This document shows, one piece after another, positions 36,567 to 45,050 of a DNA stretch of 64,000 nt. The translations under genes and the position numbers were made by a program. The notes under the pieces are model-generated. The model saw nothing but the letters and a program-made list of their open reading frames with translations, had not been told where the DNA came from and made no database searches. The DNA comes from a virus, in IMG/VR virus record IMGVR_UViG_3300031949_000004, positions 94,224 to 158,223 of that record. One strand, 5' to 3'. Numbering within the stretch: position 1 is the first letter of the stretch; the number at the start of each line of letters is the position of its first letter.

Positions 36567-38348
36567 ATGCCAGTACAAGGTGGAAAACGCAGGGAATATC
36601 GTCCGGTGTGGTATGGCGAGAATAACACTTCACCTGTCCAAAACTACTCGGTTGGCAACTGGCTCACGTTCGCTGGGGGACCAAACCCAAACCTCGCGGC
36701 TATCGCCATCGGCAACAACGTTCTTCTCAATAACAGCTTTGGAAACGTAGCACTTGGGCAGGATATTACCGTAACCGGTTTTTACAGCGCCATCTGCGTC
36801 GGGCAACAACTTTCGGTTGGTTGCGCTAGCGGAACCTGCATAGGCCACAGCAGCACGATAGGTTCGGGGGGTGGCAATATAATAACCCTGGGTGACAGTC
36901 TCACTGTCCAGAATGGTGGTGGCGACATCACCTGTATTGGTTCCTTCTCGGAAATACAAACCCCCGGCAGCGGCCACATCTCCATAGGCCCTGACAATCG
37001 AATACTTGCAAATAGCGATGGCAACGTTTGTGTTGGTAGCAATCTCACCACCGGAGCTTTCGGTGACAACATTGTGCTTGTCGGCTACTCATTGTCAACC
37101 CAGGGCCAAGGCGGCAATCTCGTACTCATCGGTGCCCTCTCACGCACGTACACCAACTGCTCGGAAAGTGTATGTCTGGGAAACAACATGAATATCTTCA
37201 ACAACACAAACCGGTCGGTCTGTGTTGGCTACCAGTCAACCCTTGCACCAGAGACTGGCGACTGCGTCGTCGTTGGATCTGGCTCCATCATCTACAACAC
37301 CTCCATCCGTTCCACGGCCATCGGTTACGATGTCACCATCGGCGCGGCCACCAATGCCACGTTCTTCATGATCGTTCCCGACCTGGCAGATCTTGCCAAC
37401 AACGACTGGGTCTCGCTTCCGGATGGTCGTGGTGGCACCATCGAAGTCGAGTTCCAGGTCGACGGCAGCTTTGTTCCCTTCGGCCCGCCCCGGCTCGTGG
37501 CCGACGTACAATTCGCCGCCAATTCCACCGACGTTGGTTACATTCTCGTGGACACCTGGAACAGTGTCTACGGACTGCCCTACACATTCCCCATCCAAAG
37601 CGAAAGCGTCGGGGGCGACGGTCGCTGGACCGGAAACTTCATCTACCCGTCGCCCGGAGTCGCTGGCAACGGCTGGTCGGTCGTGCCCACCGTGGCTTCG
37701 GGCCTCTTCACGGGTTCGACATCCTTGGACGGCACCCAGACAGCTTCTCCCAACTGCGTATGCATCGGTTCGCTCAGTACGATCAACGGCAACTGTGCTG
37801 ACAGCGTCCTCATTGGTCACAACAGCACACTTACGGGACTCAACGGAGTGGCCATCGGAGCCGACGTGGTGTTGACAGGAAACGGCTGTGTCGCCATCGG
37901 TACGGGAGCCAGCACGAATGAGGTGGGCGGCATCGCCATCGGTTCAGGAACCATTTGCCACGATGGCGGCGGTCTGGCCATCTGTATAGGCGCGGAAGCT
38001 ACCGGAAACAACTGCATGGCCATCGGTCCTACCGCTCAAGCCACGGGAATCGCCGGTATCGCGCTCGGAGATCGCGCTGTCGCGAGTAGCTACGAATTCG
38101 TCGTCGGCGACTCAGAGAATATCTCCCCTATCAAGCCCTTCATTCACCACTTCGTGGTACGAGGTTTCGATCTCGTGGCAGTCACCCCCATCGACACCTT
38201 GTCCGTCATCGACAATCCATCTGTCGCCGGGGAAACCGGTCTCACCTTGACCTACTACAATGGCGTAACCGTCTCGAACAAAACCTTGAAAGCCAGCACC
38301 CTGGGCACCCTGCCCGCTGGCTCACTCGTCATCTACGTGGATCCATAG
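36567..38348 (+). CDS. tail-fibre-like protein with degenerate (V/I)xIGxxxxxxG repeats
   Basis: 593 aa. N-terminus GGKRREYRPVWYG and C-terminus SLVIYVDP are shared with the next gene. Confidence 0.6.
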   Translation: MPVQGGKRREYRPVWYGENNTSPVQNYSVGNWLTFAGGPNPNLAAIAIGNNVLLNNSFGNVALGQDITVTGFYSAICVGQQLSVGCASGTCIGHSSTIGSGGGNIITLGDSLTVQNGGGDITCIGSFSEIQTPGSGHISIGPDNRILANSDGNVCVGSNLTTGAFGDNIVLVGYSLSTQGQGGNLVLIGALSRTYTNCSESVCLGNNMNIFNNTNRSVCVGYQSTLAPETGDCVVVGSGSIIYNTSIRSTAIGYDVTIGAATNATFFMIVPDLADLANNDWVSLPDGRGGTIEVEFQVDGSFVPFGPPRLVADVQFAANSTDVGYILVDTWNSVYGLPYTFPIQSESVGGDGRWTGNFIYPSPGVAGNGWSVVPTVASGLFTGSTSLDGTQTASPNCVCIGSLSTINGNCADSVLIGHNSTLTGLNGVAIGADVVLTGNGCVAIGTGASTNEVGGIAIGSGTICHDGGGLAICIGAEATGNNCMAIGPTAQATGIAGIALGDRAVASSYEFVVGDSENISPIKPFIHHFVVRGFDLVAVTPIDTLSVIDNPSVAGETGLTLTYYNGVTVSNKTLKASTLGTLPAGSLVIYVDP

Positions 38349-38359
38349 GAGCAAAACAC

Positions 38360-38842
38360 ATGGCAATCACAGGTGGAAAACGCCGTGAGAATCGTCCCGT
38401 CTGGTACGGCAACACCAACAGCTCTGGCCAGAGCTACTCCATCGGTGATTGGCTCACCTTTATCAATCCGATCGGAACAACGAATTGCATCAGTATCGGC
38501 AACGGAAGCGCCATACCGCTCGGCCTAACCGCAGCCATCGCTCTTGGTATATCGACCAACGCCACGGGCTCTTACGCCATCGCCCTCGGTGCCTCGGCGG
38601 TCGCGGGTGCCAATACCATGATCGTGGGTGACAACACAAATCTCTTGAGAGCCATTCACCAGTTCACCGTACGCGGGCACAACGGCGGCGTGCTCGACAC
38701 CATCTCGGCCATCGACAATCCTGCCAGTGAAGCGTTTGGTCTCACCCTCGTCTACAACGCCGACGGCACCTTCAGCAACAAGACCGTCAAAGGACTCGTT
38801 TCACCGCCGGTCGGTGCCATCCTACTTTACGTGGATCCATAG
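38360..38842 (+). CDS. short paralogue of the tail-fibre-like protein
   Basis: 160 aa. N-terminus GGKRRENRPVWYG and C-terminus AILLYVDP. Confidence 0.5.
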   Translation: MAITGGKRRENRPVWYGNTNSSGQSYSIGDWLTFINPIGTTNCISIGNGSAIPLGLTAAIALGISTNATGSYAIALGASAVAGANTMIVGDNTNLLRAIHQFTVRGHNGGVLDTISAIDNPASEAFGLTLVYNADGTFSNKTVKGLVSPPVGAILLYVDP

Positions 38843-38931
38843 ATCGCTTACTGTTTCAACCGGCTTCGATAAAATCGCTCCTCAAGAATCACTCCTCAAG
38901 AACCCTTTCCATCGCTCAAAAGGTAACACAC

Positions 38932-39204
38932 ATGCCCCAGGTAACAAAGACTCTCAACGGCAACATCAACGGCATCTCGATCACCGTTGACGGCAACTCC
39001 ATCTACGCCAACGTCATGTGGACGGATCCATCTGCTCGCCATCTCAGCGTCTCCCCGGTACAGATCACTGCGAGCAAGGTCAAGATCGGCCAGAACGTCA
39101 TCGGCGACGCCCCCGCCGACATCGCCACCGCAGCCACCGCCCTGGCCAGCAAAGTCAAGATTTTGGTCGAGGGCCTCATCGCCTCCGGCAAGATCACCCT
39201 CTAG
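38932..39204 (+). CDS. hypothetical small structural protein
   Basis: 90-aa ORF. Confidence 0.4.
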   Translation: MPQVTKTLNGNINGISITVDGNSIYANVMWTDPSARHLSVSPVQITASKVKIGQNVIGDAPADIATAATALASKVKILVEGLIASGKITL

Positions 39205-39267
39205 TCCGCCACAAGCCGGCGAATGGTCGTCCGGCGCCCATAGACCTTCCCCACAAAGGATCTCCCC

Positions 39268-39678
39268 ATGCCCCAAGACATCATCAACCCCGTACAGGTT
39301 GCCAACCAGGGATTTGACGGCAATCCTGCCACCGTACCCTCCAACGTCACAACCACCGCCACGAACAAGGTCAACCGTTCGGGTGCCGATGGCGCTCCAG
39401 GAACGGGCCGAAGCGCGCAGGTTCCCGCCTTCGGCACCCTGGCCCCGCCAACCCGCGTCTACGCTTCAGGAGACGCCGGCAAACCCGGCATCGGCACGGC
39501 CGCGCAAGCCCCCGCCGTGGGGATCGTGGATGCCGTGCCCGCTGCGCTCGGTTCAACGCCCGGCGGGCTCCTGCAACCAGGGGGCGCGGGCACCAACGTC
39601 ACGCCCGATGCCGTGGCCTCGCAGACCTTCAGCGCGGGCAAGGGCCTGACGCCGACCTACAACGGCGGCTCCACCTAG
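39268..39678 (+). CDS. hypothetical Gly/Ala/Pro/Thr-rich protein with N-terminal VANQGFDG motif
   Basis: 136-aa ORF. Confidence 0.4.
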   Translation: MPQDIINPVQVANQGFDGNPATVPSNVTTTATNKVNRSGADGAPGTGRSAQVPAFGTLAPPTRVYASGDAGKPGIGTAAQAPAVGIVDAVPAALGSTPGGLLQPGGAGTNVTPDAVASQTFSAGKGLTPTYNGGST

Positions 39679-39724
39679 CACAACAACGACAACCTGTTTA
39701 TCATCAACCAACGAGGAGAGCACC

Positions 39725-39913
39725 ATGCCAGTCATCAACGTCAACCTGATCACCATCGCCAACCAGTCCTTCGACGGACTGCCCGTCGAGGTCAAGCCGG
39801 CCGACAGGCCCGCCGAGACCATTCCCTCGTCAACCCCCGTGGTCAATACCCCGATCGCCAACCAAGGCTTCGGCCGTGGCGTTGCCCGGAACATCTCCGG
39901 CGCGCTCCACTAG
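39725..39913 (+). CDS. small protein with two ANQ(S/G)F motifs
   Basis: 62-aa ORF. Confidence 0.3.
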   Translation: MPVINVNLITIANQSFDGLPVEVKPADRPAETIPSSTPVVNTPIANQGFGRGVARNISGALH

Positions 39914-39955
39914 ACAACATCACCACCCCACAACTTTCACCGAAAAGGGATCGCC

Positions 39956-40570
39956 ATGCCTCGACTCGAACCACACGCCGGAATGAAAACACCCTGGGGC
40001 CGGGCCGACAACGTCCACAAGCTGGTCGAAGGGATCTGGTTCGTGGGCACCCCTGGCCATGGTGGGCTCAAGGTCTCCGCAGCCTTGAACAAGAAGATCC
40101 CCGAAACCGTGCGCGCGGACGGCGGCTGGTACGAGGAAGATCTGGCCTACAACTGGGTCGTGGTCTTCTTCCCCGAGCTTGTCGAACGCAACGTCGTGCA
40201 GGGCACCGTCGAGGACGCGCACACCACCTTGCGCAACTGGTTCCCCAACGAATACGAACGCGTCTTCGGCCTCGCGCTCGATGCTTCGCAGAGCCGAGTT
40301 CGCCGGGAAGATCTGTTCCGGGCGGCCCACGGCAACGATTGGATCGTCATCGCCGCCTGGGGCGACTGGCACCAAAGCGTACCCAAGGGCATGGTGGGTG
40401 TCTGCTGCCAGCCGGCACACCTCGCCCGGAGGCGCGGCGCCCCCGAGCGATACTTCCTGGTGCCGAAAGCCGACTACGATAGCCAGGAACTCAAAACACC
40501 GATCGGCTTCATCTGCGATCCTCCCCCGCGACCTGGTGAGCCCTACGAAGAGATCGACAAGATCTCCTGA
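39956..40570 (+). CDS. hypothetical protein
   Basis: 204-aa ORF (WFVGTPGHGG...). Confidence 0.45.
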   Translation: MPRLEPHAGMKTPWGRADNVHKLVEGIWFVGTPGHGGLKVSAALNKKIPETVRADGGWYEEDLAYNWVVVFFPELVERNVVQGTVEDAHTTLRNWFPNEYERVFGLALDASQSRVRREDLFRAAHGNDWIVIAAWGDWHQSVPKGMVGVCCQPAHLARRRGAPERYFLVPKADYDSQELKTPIGFICDPPPRPGEPYEEIDKIS

Positions 40571-40572
40571 CC

Positions 40573-40947
40573 ATGTACGCACCCCGCGCCTACTACGTCA
40601 TCGTTCGCGGCAAGCGTCACCGCGCCTATGGCCCCTACCTGTCTCGCGACGATGCTGCTCGCGCCGGCTACTTCGCGAAGAGCGTCGCGAAACGCGATCT
40701 GTGCGCCGTGGGACACGACCCCGGACGATGGGCGGTCTTCTTCGGAATCGGCGTGAACGAATACGACGACCGCGAAATCGAATACCTGTCGCGACATCCC
40801 GAAGAAGCTCTGCCCGGCTGCAAATCCTTCGAGGTTCATTCTCCCGAAAAGCTTCCCATGGATGCCTCGTGGAAAGTGTTTCAAGGCGAATACGGGACCG
40901 ATGCCCTGATTCGTTGCCTCGAACGCGACTGGCAACTGGTGCGCTGA
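40573..40947 (+). CDS. hypothetical protein
   Basis: 124-aa ORF. Confidence 0.4.
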   Translation: MYAPRAYYVIVRGKRHRAYGPYLSRDDAARAGYFAKSVAKRDLCAVGHDPGRWAVFFGIGVNEYDDREIEYLSRHPEEALPGCKSFEVHSPEKLPMDASWKVFQGEYGTDALIRCLERDWQLVR

Positions 40948-40961
40948 CCGGAATCCACCCT

Positions 40962-41645
40962 ATGCCAATACCCAAAATCCTACATCAGATCTGGCTTGGA
41001 AAGGCAACCCAGCATCCCAAGTTCATCGAATGGCGTGCGCGCTGGCGGGAGCTGCATCCCGACTGGCAGCTCAAGCTCTGGACAGGACCGGCTAACGCCA
41101 TCGAAATCTTCTCGGGCACCGAACGCGTCGCAACCCGGTACCCCGAGCTGATTGCCGGGTCGAGTTACATCGGGCAATGCGCCAACATCTTCCGTCTGGA
41201 GATCTTGATGGCCCAGGGAGGAATTTACATCGACACCGATGTTGAGCCTCGCCGCAACATCTCAGCCATCATCGACGGCCACGAAACCGTAGTCTCGCGC
41301 ATGTGGAGCTTGGAGCCCGACGGCAGCGTCCGGCACAGCAACGCCTTCCTAGGTGCGGCGCCGGGACACCCGTTCATCGCAGAGGCCCTGGCGGGCCTGC
41401 CACAAAGAGATCCGGCCGTGCGCACGTCGATGGGCGATCCCTATATCACAATGCTGATGCATAAGCCTCCGGGTGGTCGCTCAGACGTGCATGTCATCGA
41501 CCGCGACCACTTCCTGTTCTTCAAGGCACAGTGGAAAATTCTCAACGTAAACTTTCACCCGAGCCCCGAAGTCTACGCCATCCACCACTGGTCCCACGAA
41601 TGGCATCCGACGATCTTCAACAACCCTCACGCTGAGCCTGCATAG
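40962..41645 (+). CDS. glycosyltransferase, GT32 / DXD family (second copy)
   Basis: Internal start MPIPKILHQIWLG of the long frame 40179-41645. IYIDTDVE is the DXD motif. Confidence 0.55.
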   Translation: MPIPKILHQIWLGKATQHPKFIEWRARWRELHPDWQLKLWTGPANAIEIFSGTERVATRYPELIAGSSYIGQCANIFRLEILMAQGGIYIDTDVEPRRNISAIIDGHETVVSRMWSLEPDGSVRHSNAFLGAAPGHPFIAEALAGLPQRDPAVRTSMGDPYITMLMHKPPGGRSDVHVIDRDHFLFFKAQWKILNVNFHPSPEVYAIHHWSHEWHPTIFNNPHAEPA

Positions 41646-41652
41646 ACGCACC

Positions 41653-42345
41653 ATGACCTCCCACGTCCTTGGCCCGTTTGCATTCACCTTCGAGGACAAG
41701 GTGATCTCGGGCGACTACTACGGTACCGGCTACCTGGAAGAGCTACGCGAAGCTGCCACGCGGGCTCTTGCTTCCGGGGGATCCATCCTGGAATGGGGCA
41801 GCGGCATTTCCACGCTTATGCTCGCCAACCTCGTCAACACCTTGAACGAACGTCCGCTTGTCACACCTCGCATGCGCGCCCAGATCGTGACTATCGACAA
41901 CAACGAGCCCTACCTCCACGCCGTGCTCGCCGCCATGCCCGACAAGCTGAACGTGCTCGCCGTAGCTTGCAGCCTCAGCGGTCCTTGCCATGACCAGCTC
42001 GACCTCCCACTTGGCTACGCCACCGTGCCCTTCGCCCTGGCTCATCCCGCCCCCTGGAAGCTCATCGTAATCGATGGACGCCGCCGCATGGAATGCGCGC
42101 TCATGGCCGCCATGCTGGCCAACGACGACACCATCATCATGCTGCACGACTACCGGCGTTTGCGCTACCAGCCCGTGCTTGGGCTCTACGACATCGTTGC
42201 CGACCAACCACAGTACCGCGCAATGCGCGTGAGCACCAAGACCCGTCTGACCCTGGCACAAGGCCGAACCGCGATGTTCGACGCGCATCTCGATGATGAT
42301 CTACGTGCCAAGGCGCTCGCTGGCATCAAGATCTTGTGCGGCTGA
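41653..42345 (+). CDS. putative class I SAM-dependent methyltransferase-like protein
   Basis: ILEWGSGIST is a GxGxG motif. LIVIDGRRR...MLHDY is Methyltransf_24-like. Confidence 0.4.
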   Translation: MTSHVLGPFAFTFEDKVISGDYYGTGYLEELREAATRALASGGSILEWGSGISTLMLANLVNTLNERPLVTPRMRAQIVTIDNNEPYLHAVLAAMPDKLNVLAVACSLSGPCHDQLDLPLGYATVPFALAHPAPWKLIVIDGRRRMECALMAAMLANDDTIIMLHDYRRLRYQPVLGLYDIVADQPQYRAMRVSTKTRLTLAQGRTAMFDAHLDDDLRAKALAGIKILCG

Positions 42346-42355
42346 CCGGGCCATC

Positions 42356-43000
42356 TCAGGCAACGGCCGAGACATTGGCAACGAAAGTTGAGAATCCTGC
42401 CCGCAGCTTCTTGGCTTCATGGGCATTATGCGAGCACAGATCCAGGAAGACCGTGCTCTTTGCAATCTGTCCCAGGAGCACGATCAAGTCATCGCGCAGA
42501 TAGGGAGCAACCAACCTCATCCTGGTCTTCCTGCCAAGCAACAAACCCAGCTTCGCCACGTCCCGGCGATCTTTTTCACCTTTGCTTGAATGTCCCCGGC
42601 TCTGGAATGCCTCCAGCTTGAGCACGAGCAAGTGCTCCAGGCATGCCACCTTGACCTCGCCGTTCCCATAGGCAATTGCAGCCGCGTGCGCGAAGACCTC
42701 GTCATAGGGCACGACGAGCTGGTTCAACCGCTCGACATACACGTCGAACTCGACGCCATCGACGATCATCTGGTGCTTGGCAAGGCGAGGAGAAGGCACG
42801 ATTTCCTCCATATCCTTCAGGGTGCCGTAATCAGGGAAGGAGATCATAAAGTCGGCATCATGGCTCGTCTCCAGGGATATCATCCTGGATGCCCGGCGCA
42901 TCGCATGAAGGTACACGGCGACCCCACCGATGAAAACCACGCCCGGCAAGTTGTTGCCGATACCCTGGCAGAGATCCAAGATCTTGGCAAACGTGCTCAT
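42356..43000 (-). CDS. nucleotidyltransferase (AbiEii/DUF6036-like Pol-beta fold)
   Basis: VFIGGVAVYLH...SHDADFMI matches the GG.A...DxDF motif. Confidence 0.5.
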   Translation of the reverse strand: MSTFAKILDLCQGIGNNLPGVVFIGGVAVYLHAMRRASRMISLETSHDADFMISFPDYGTLKDMEEIVPSPRLAKHQMIVDGVEFDVYVERLNQLVVPYDEVFAHAAAIAYGNGEVKVACLEHLLVLKLEAFQSRGHSSKGEKDRRDVAKLGLLLGRKTRMRLVAPYLRDDLIVLLGQIAKSTVFLDLCSHNAHEAKKLRAGFSTFVANVSAVA

Positions 43001-43012
43001 GCCTGGTAGAAT

Positions 43013-43453
43013 ATGTCACAAGTGACGAAAATGCTACCAGCAATCCTGCCCGAGGTAACGATCACGGCCAAGGCGCCGAATGGACAACGCGAGACCATCT
43101 TCTCCCTTTGCCAAGCCGGAGGCATCGAATGCAAGGTCACGGGACCAGCCGCCTTACGCCACATCCACCTCCTCGCTGGCCAGCTAGCCGTGGCTCGGGA
43201 GCCAGGATCCTTGGGTCTCGTTGCCATCACCATTCCCGAAGAGGATCCAAAGCGGCGCGCGATCTTGGCTCTAGGGATCTTGGCCTATGCGGTGTTCGAT
43301 TATGCAGCTCGTGAATCCCTGCGCGGCAATCCCGAAGCAGCATTTGCCCTTCCCCTCGGCAGGCCGCGAAAAGCTCGGCCCTTGAATGGCGCCGAACGAC
43401 AACGGCTCTGGCGTACCAGGCACGGAATCCATTCGAGCTTGCCAAGTCCATGA
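43013..43453 (+). CDS. hypothetical protein with C-terminal basic Arg-rich motif
   Basis: GRPRKARPLNGAERQRLWRTRHG resembles the GG.ARA..LS.ERRREIARKA..ARW motif. Transcribed divergently from the 42356-43000 NTase gene. The palindrome GTCACAAGTGAC lies at the junction. Confidence 0.35.
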   Translation: MSQVTKMLPAILPEVTITAKAPNGQRETIFSLCQAGGIECKVTGPAALRHIHLLAGQLAVAREPGSLGLVAITIPEEDPKRRAILALGILAYAVFDYAARESLRGNPEAAFALPLGRPRKARPLNGAERQRLWRTRHGIHSSLPSP

Positions 43454-43502
43454 CCACTGCCGAACGCTTGACCAAGCGTGCGTTAAATGATACGCTTAAA
43501 TC

Positions 43503-44216
43503 ATGGATCACACCACTGTCACCACGCCTGCCGGATTCATGCGCGCCGTCGATCAGGCAAGAATGGCACGCAACCTCTCCAAAGCGGAAGTATCCAGAAG
43601 GTGCCACATGCGCCCGGAAGCGGTCCGGCGGCTCCTGTCCGGAAGTGCTCCCAACCCCACATTATCGAACGTGCTCAGCCTCCTTGGATCCCTCGACCTC
43701 GGCCTCCAGCTCAGGCCCTTGGCGACAAACAACGAAAATGCAAAACACGTCCTCATGGGCTGGCTAGCGCATTACGGGGCACCCCTTTATGGACCGCAAA
43801 ATCCCGGCAATCCCCCACCACCCGAAGTCGTGCTGGCAGACGCCCTCGTCCTAGCGCGCGGAAGCGGCTCGGTCGCCCGTGCTCTGCCGATGGCCTTCCT
43901 TGGCGCCCGCAAGAAGCTCGATTTCGATCGACTTGCCAAGGAAGCTGAAAGCCGGGGACAAGTCCGCACGCTCGGCTTCTTCCTTGATCTGTCAGCCGAG
44001 CTTTCCGGCCACCAAACCTTTGCAACGGCTGCCAGCAAGCTCCACGTCCATCCCGCCGCCACCATGACACGCCCTATACAGTTCTTTAAGCCAACCACGG
44101 CCCTGGAGCGGAAGCTGGCCGAAGGCCGCACGCCCAAAGTCGCCCGGAAGTGGGGTTTCCGCATGAACATGGACATGGACAGCTTCACGAGCATGTTCAG
44201 GAAAGTCGCTACATGA
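43503..44216 (+). CDS. XRE-type HTH protein with C-terminal domain (AbiEi-like antitoxin candidate)
   Basis: HTH ARNLSKAEVSRRCHMRPEAVRRLLSG. C-terminus ...ERKLAEGRTPKVARKWG. Lies directly upstream of an NTase gene. Confidence 0.5.
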   Translation: MDHTTVTTPAGFMRAVDQARMARNLSKAEVSRRCHMRPEAVRRLLSGSAPNPTLSNVLSLLGSLDLGLQLRPLATNNENAKHVLMGWLAHYGAPLYGPQNPGNPPPPEVVLADALVLARGSGSVARALPMAFLGARKKLDFDRLAKEAESRGQVRTLGFFLDLSAELSGHQTFATAASKLHVHPAATMTRPIQFFKPTTALERKLAEGRTPKVARKWGFRMNMDMDSFTSMFRKVAT

Positions 44217-44262
44217 ACAGGGACAAGGCCAGTCTTGCAAGCCTGATCAAGAAGGCAAGGCC

Positions 44263-44802
44263 ATGAAGACCTACGGCCGCGACGCGCTGCTGGGATTCCT
44301 TACTGAGATCGACAGGTTGCTGGAAAAGCCCGCCGACATGGAGATCATCGGCGGTGCCGCCGCTCTCCTGGTCTACGGTGCCACGAGCCCGACCAAGGAC
44401 ATCGACAGCTTCCTGCCCATCCCTGATGAGATCCTGCGCGCTGCCGCCGAAGTCAGGCGACGCATTCCTCTCGATCGCGCCACGGTGGCCGATCCTCCGT
44501 GGAACTACGAAGATCGCAGGCTACTGGTGGATCTGCCCTTCCACAGCCTGTCCATATGGGTGCCCGAGCGCCACGATCTCTTACTCATGAAGTCCATCAG
44601 ATCATCCCGGCACGACGACGAGGTCATCCAGGAGATGCACCAAGTCCAGCCGTTCGATCTGGAAACGATCGTGCATCGCTGGAACGAGGAGATAAGCCAA
44701 GCGATCGGCGACCACAGGATCCTGGATCAGAAGATCCAACTCATCATCGGGAAGCTGTTCGGCGATCCCGCCATGTCCCGCATCAAGCTCAAGCAGAAGT
44801 GA
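44263..44802 (+). CDS. nucleotidyltransferase (AbiEii/DUF6036-like)
   Basis: MEIIGGAAALLVYGATSPTKDIDSF. Confidence 0.5.
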   Translation: MKTYGRDALLGFLTEIDRLLEKPADMEIIGGAAALLVYGATSPTKDIDSFLPIPDEILRAAAEVRRRIPLDRATVADPPWNYEDRRLLVDLPFHSLSIWVPERHDLLLMKSIRSSRHDDEVIQEMHQVQPFDLETIVHRWNEEISQAIGDHRILDQKIQLIIGKLFGDPAMSRIKLKQK

Positions 44803-45034
44803 TACCCAGCAACCCCAAGACCTCGACCGCTTCGTTCTGCGCGGACTCGCTGGTCAGCATGGTCTGCAATCTATCGAACACCACATCGACCAGCATCTCA
44901 TATTCCGCCAACCCCGCGCTATCCCAGGCGCAGGGCAAACGCAGCTTCTCGCCGGCCTGCTTGCGCGTCTTCACGGCTTCCGTCATCGCCATGGCCAGAC
45001 GTGTGCGTATTTCGTCTCGTGAAAGCTTCGCCAT
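44789..45034 (-). CDS. small hypothetical protein downstream of the PcfJ-like gene
   Basis: Internal start MAKLSRDEIRTRL has a strong RBS GAGGAGG. Not called separately in the ORF track. Confidence 0.35.
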   Translation of the reverse strand: MAKLSRDEIRTRLAMAMTEAVKTRKQAGEKLRLPCAWDSAGLAEYEMLVDVVFDRLQTMLTSESAQNEAVEVLGLLGITSA

Positions 45035-45050
45035 CGAATCCTCCTCAAAA

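Noticed and set aside
40179-41645. 488-aa ORF as listed in the track, versus the GT32 start at 40962.
   Set aside because: The upstream 260 aa are low-complexity (RSP-rich) and overlap two supported genes in other frames. The glycosyltransferase fold begins at MPIPKILHQIWLG, which matches the paralogue 21298-22014.
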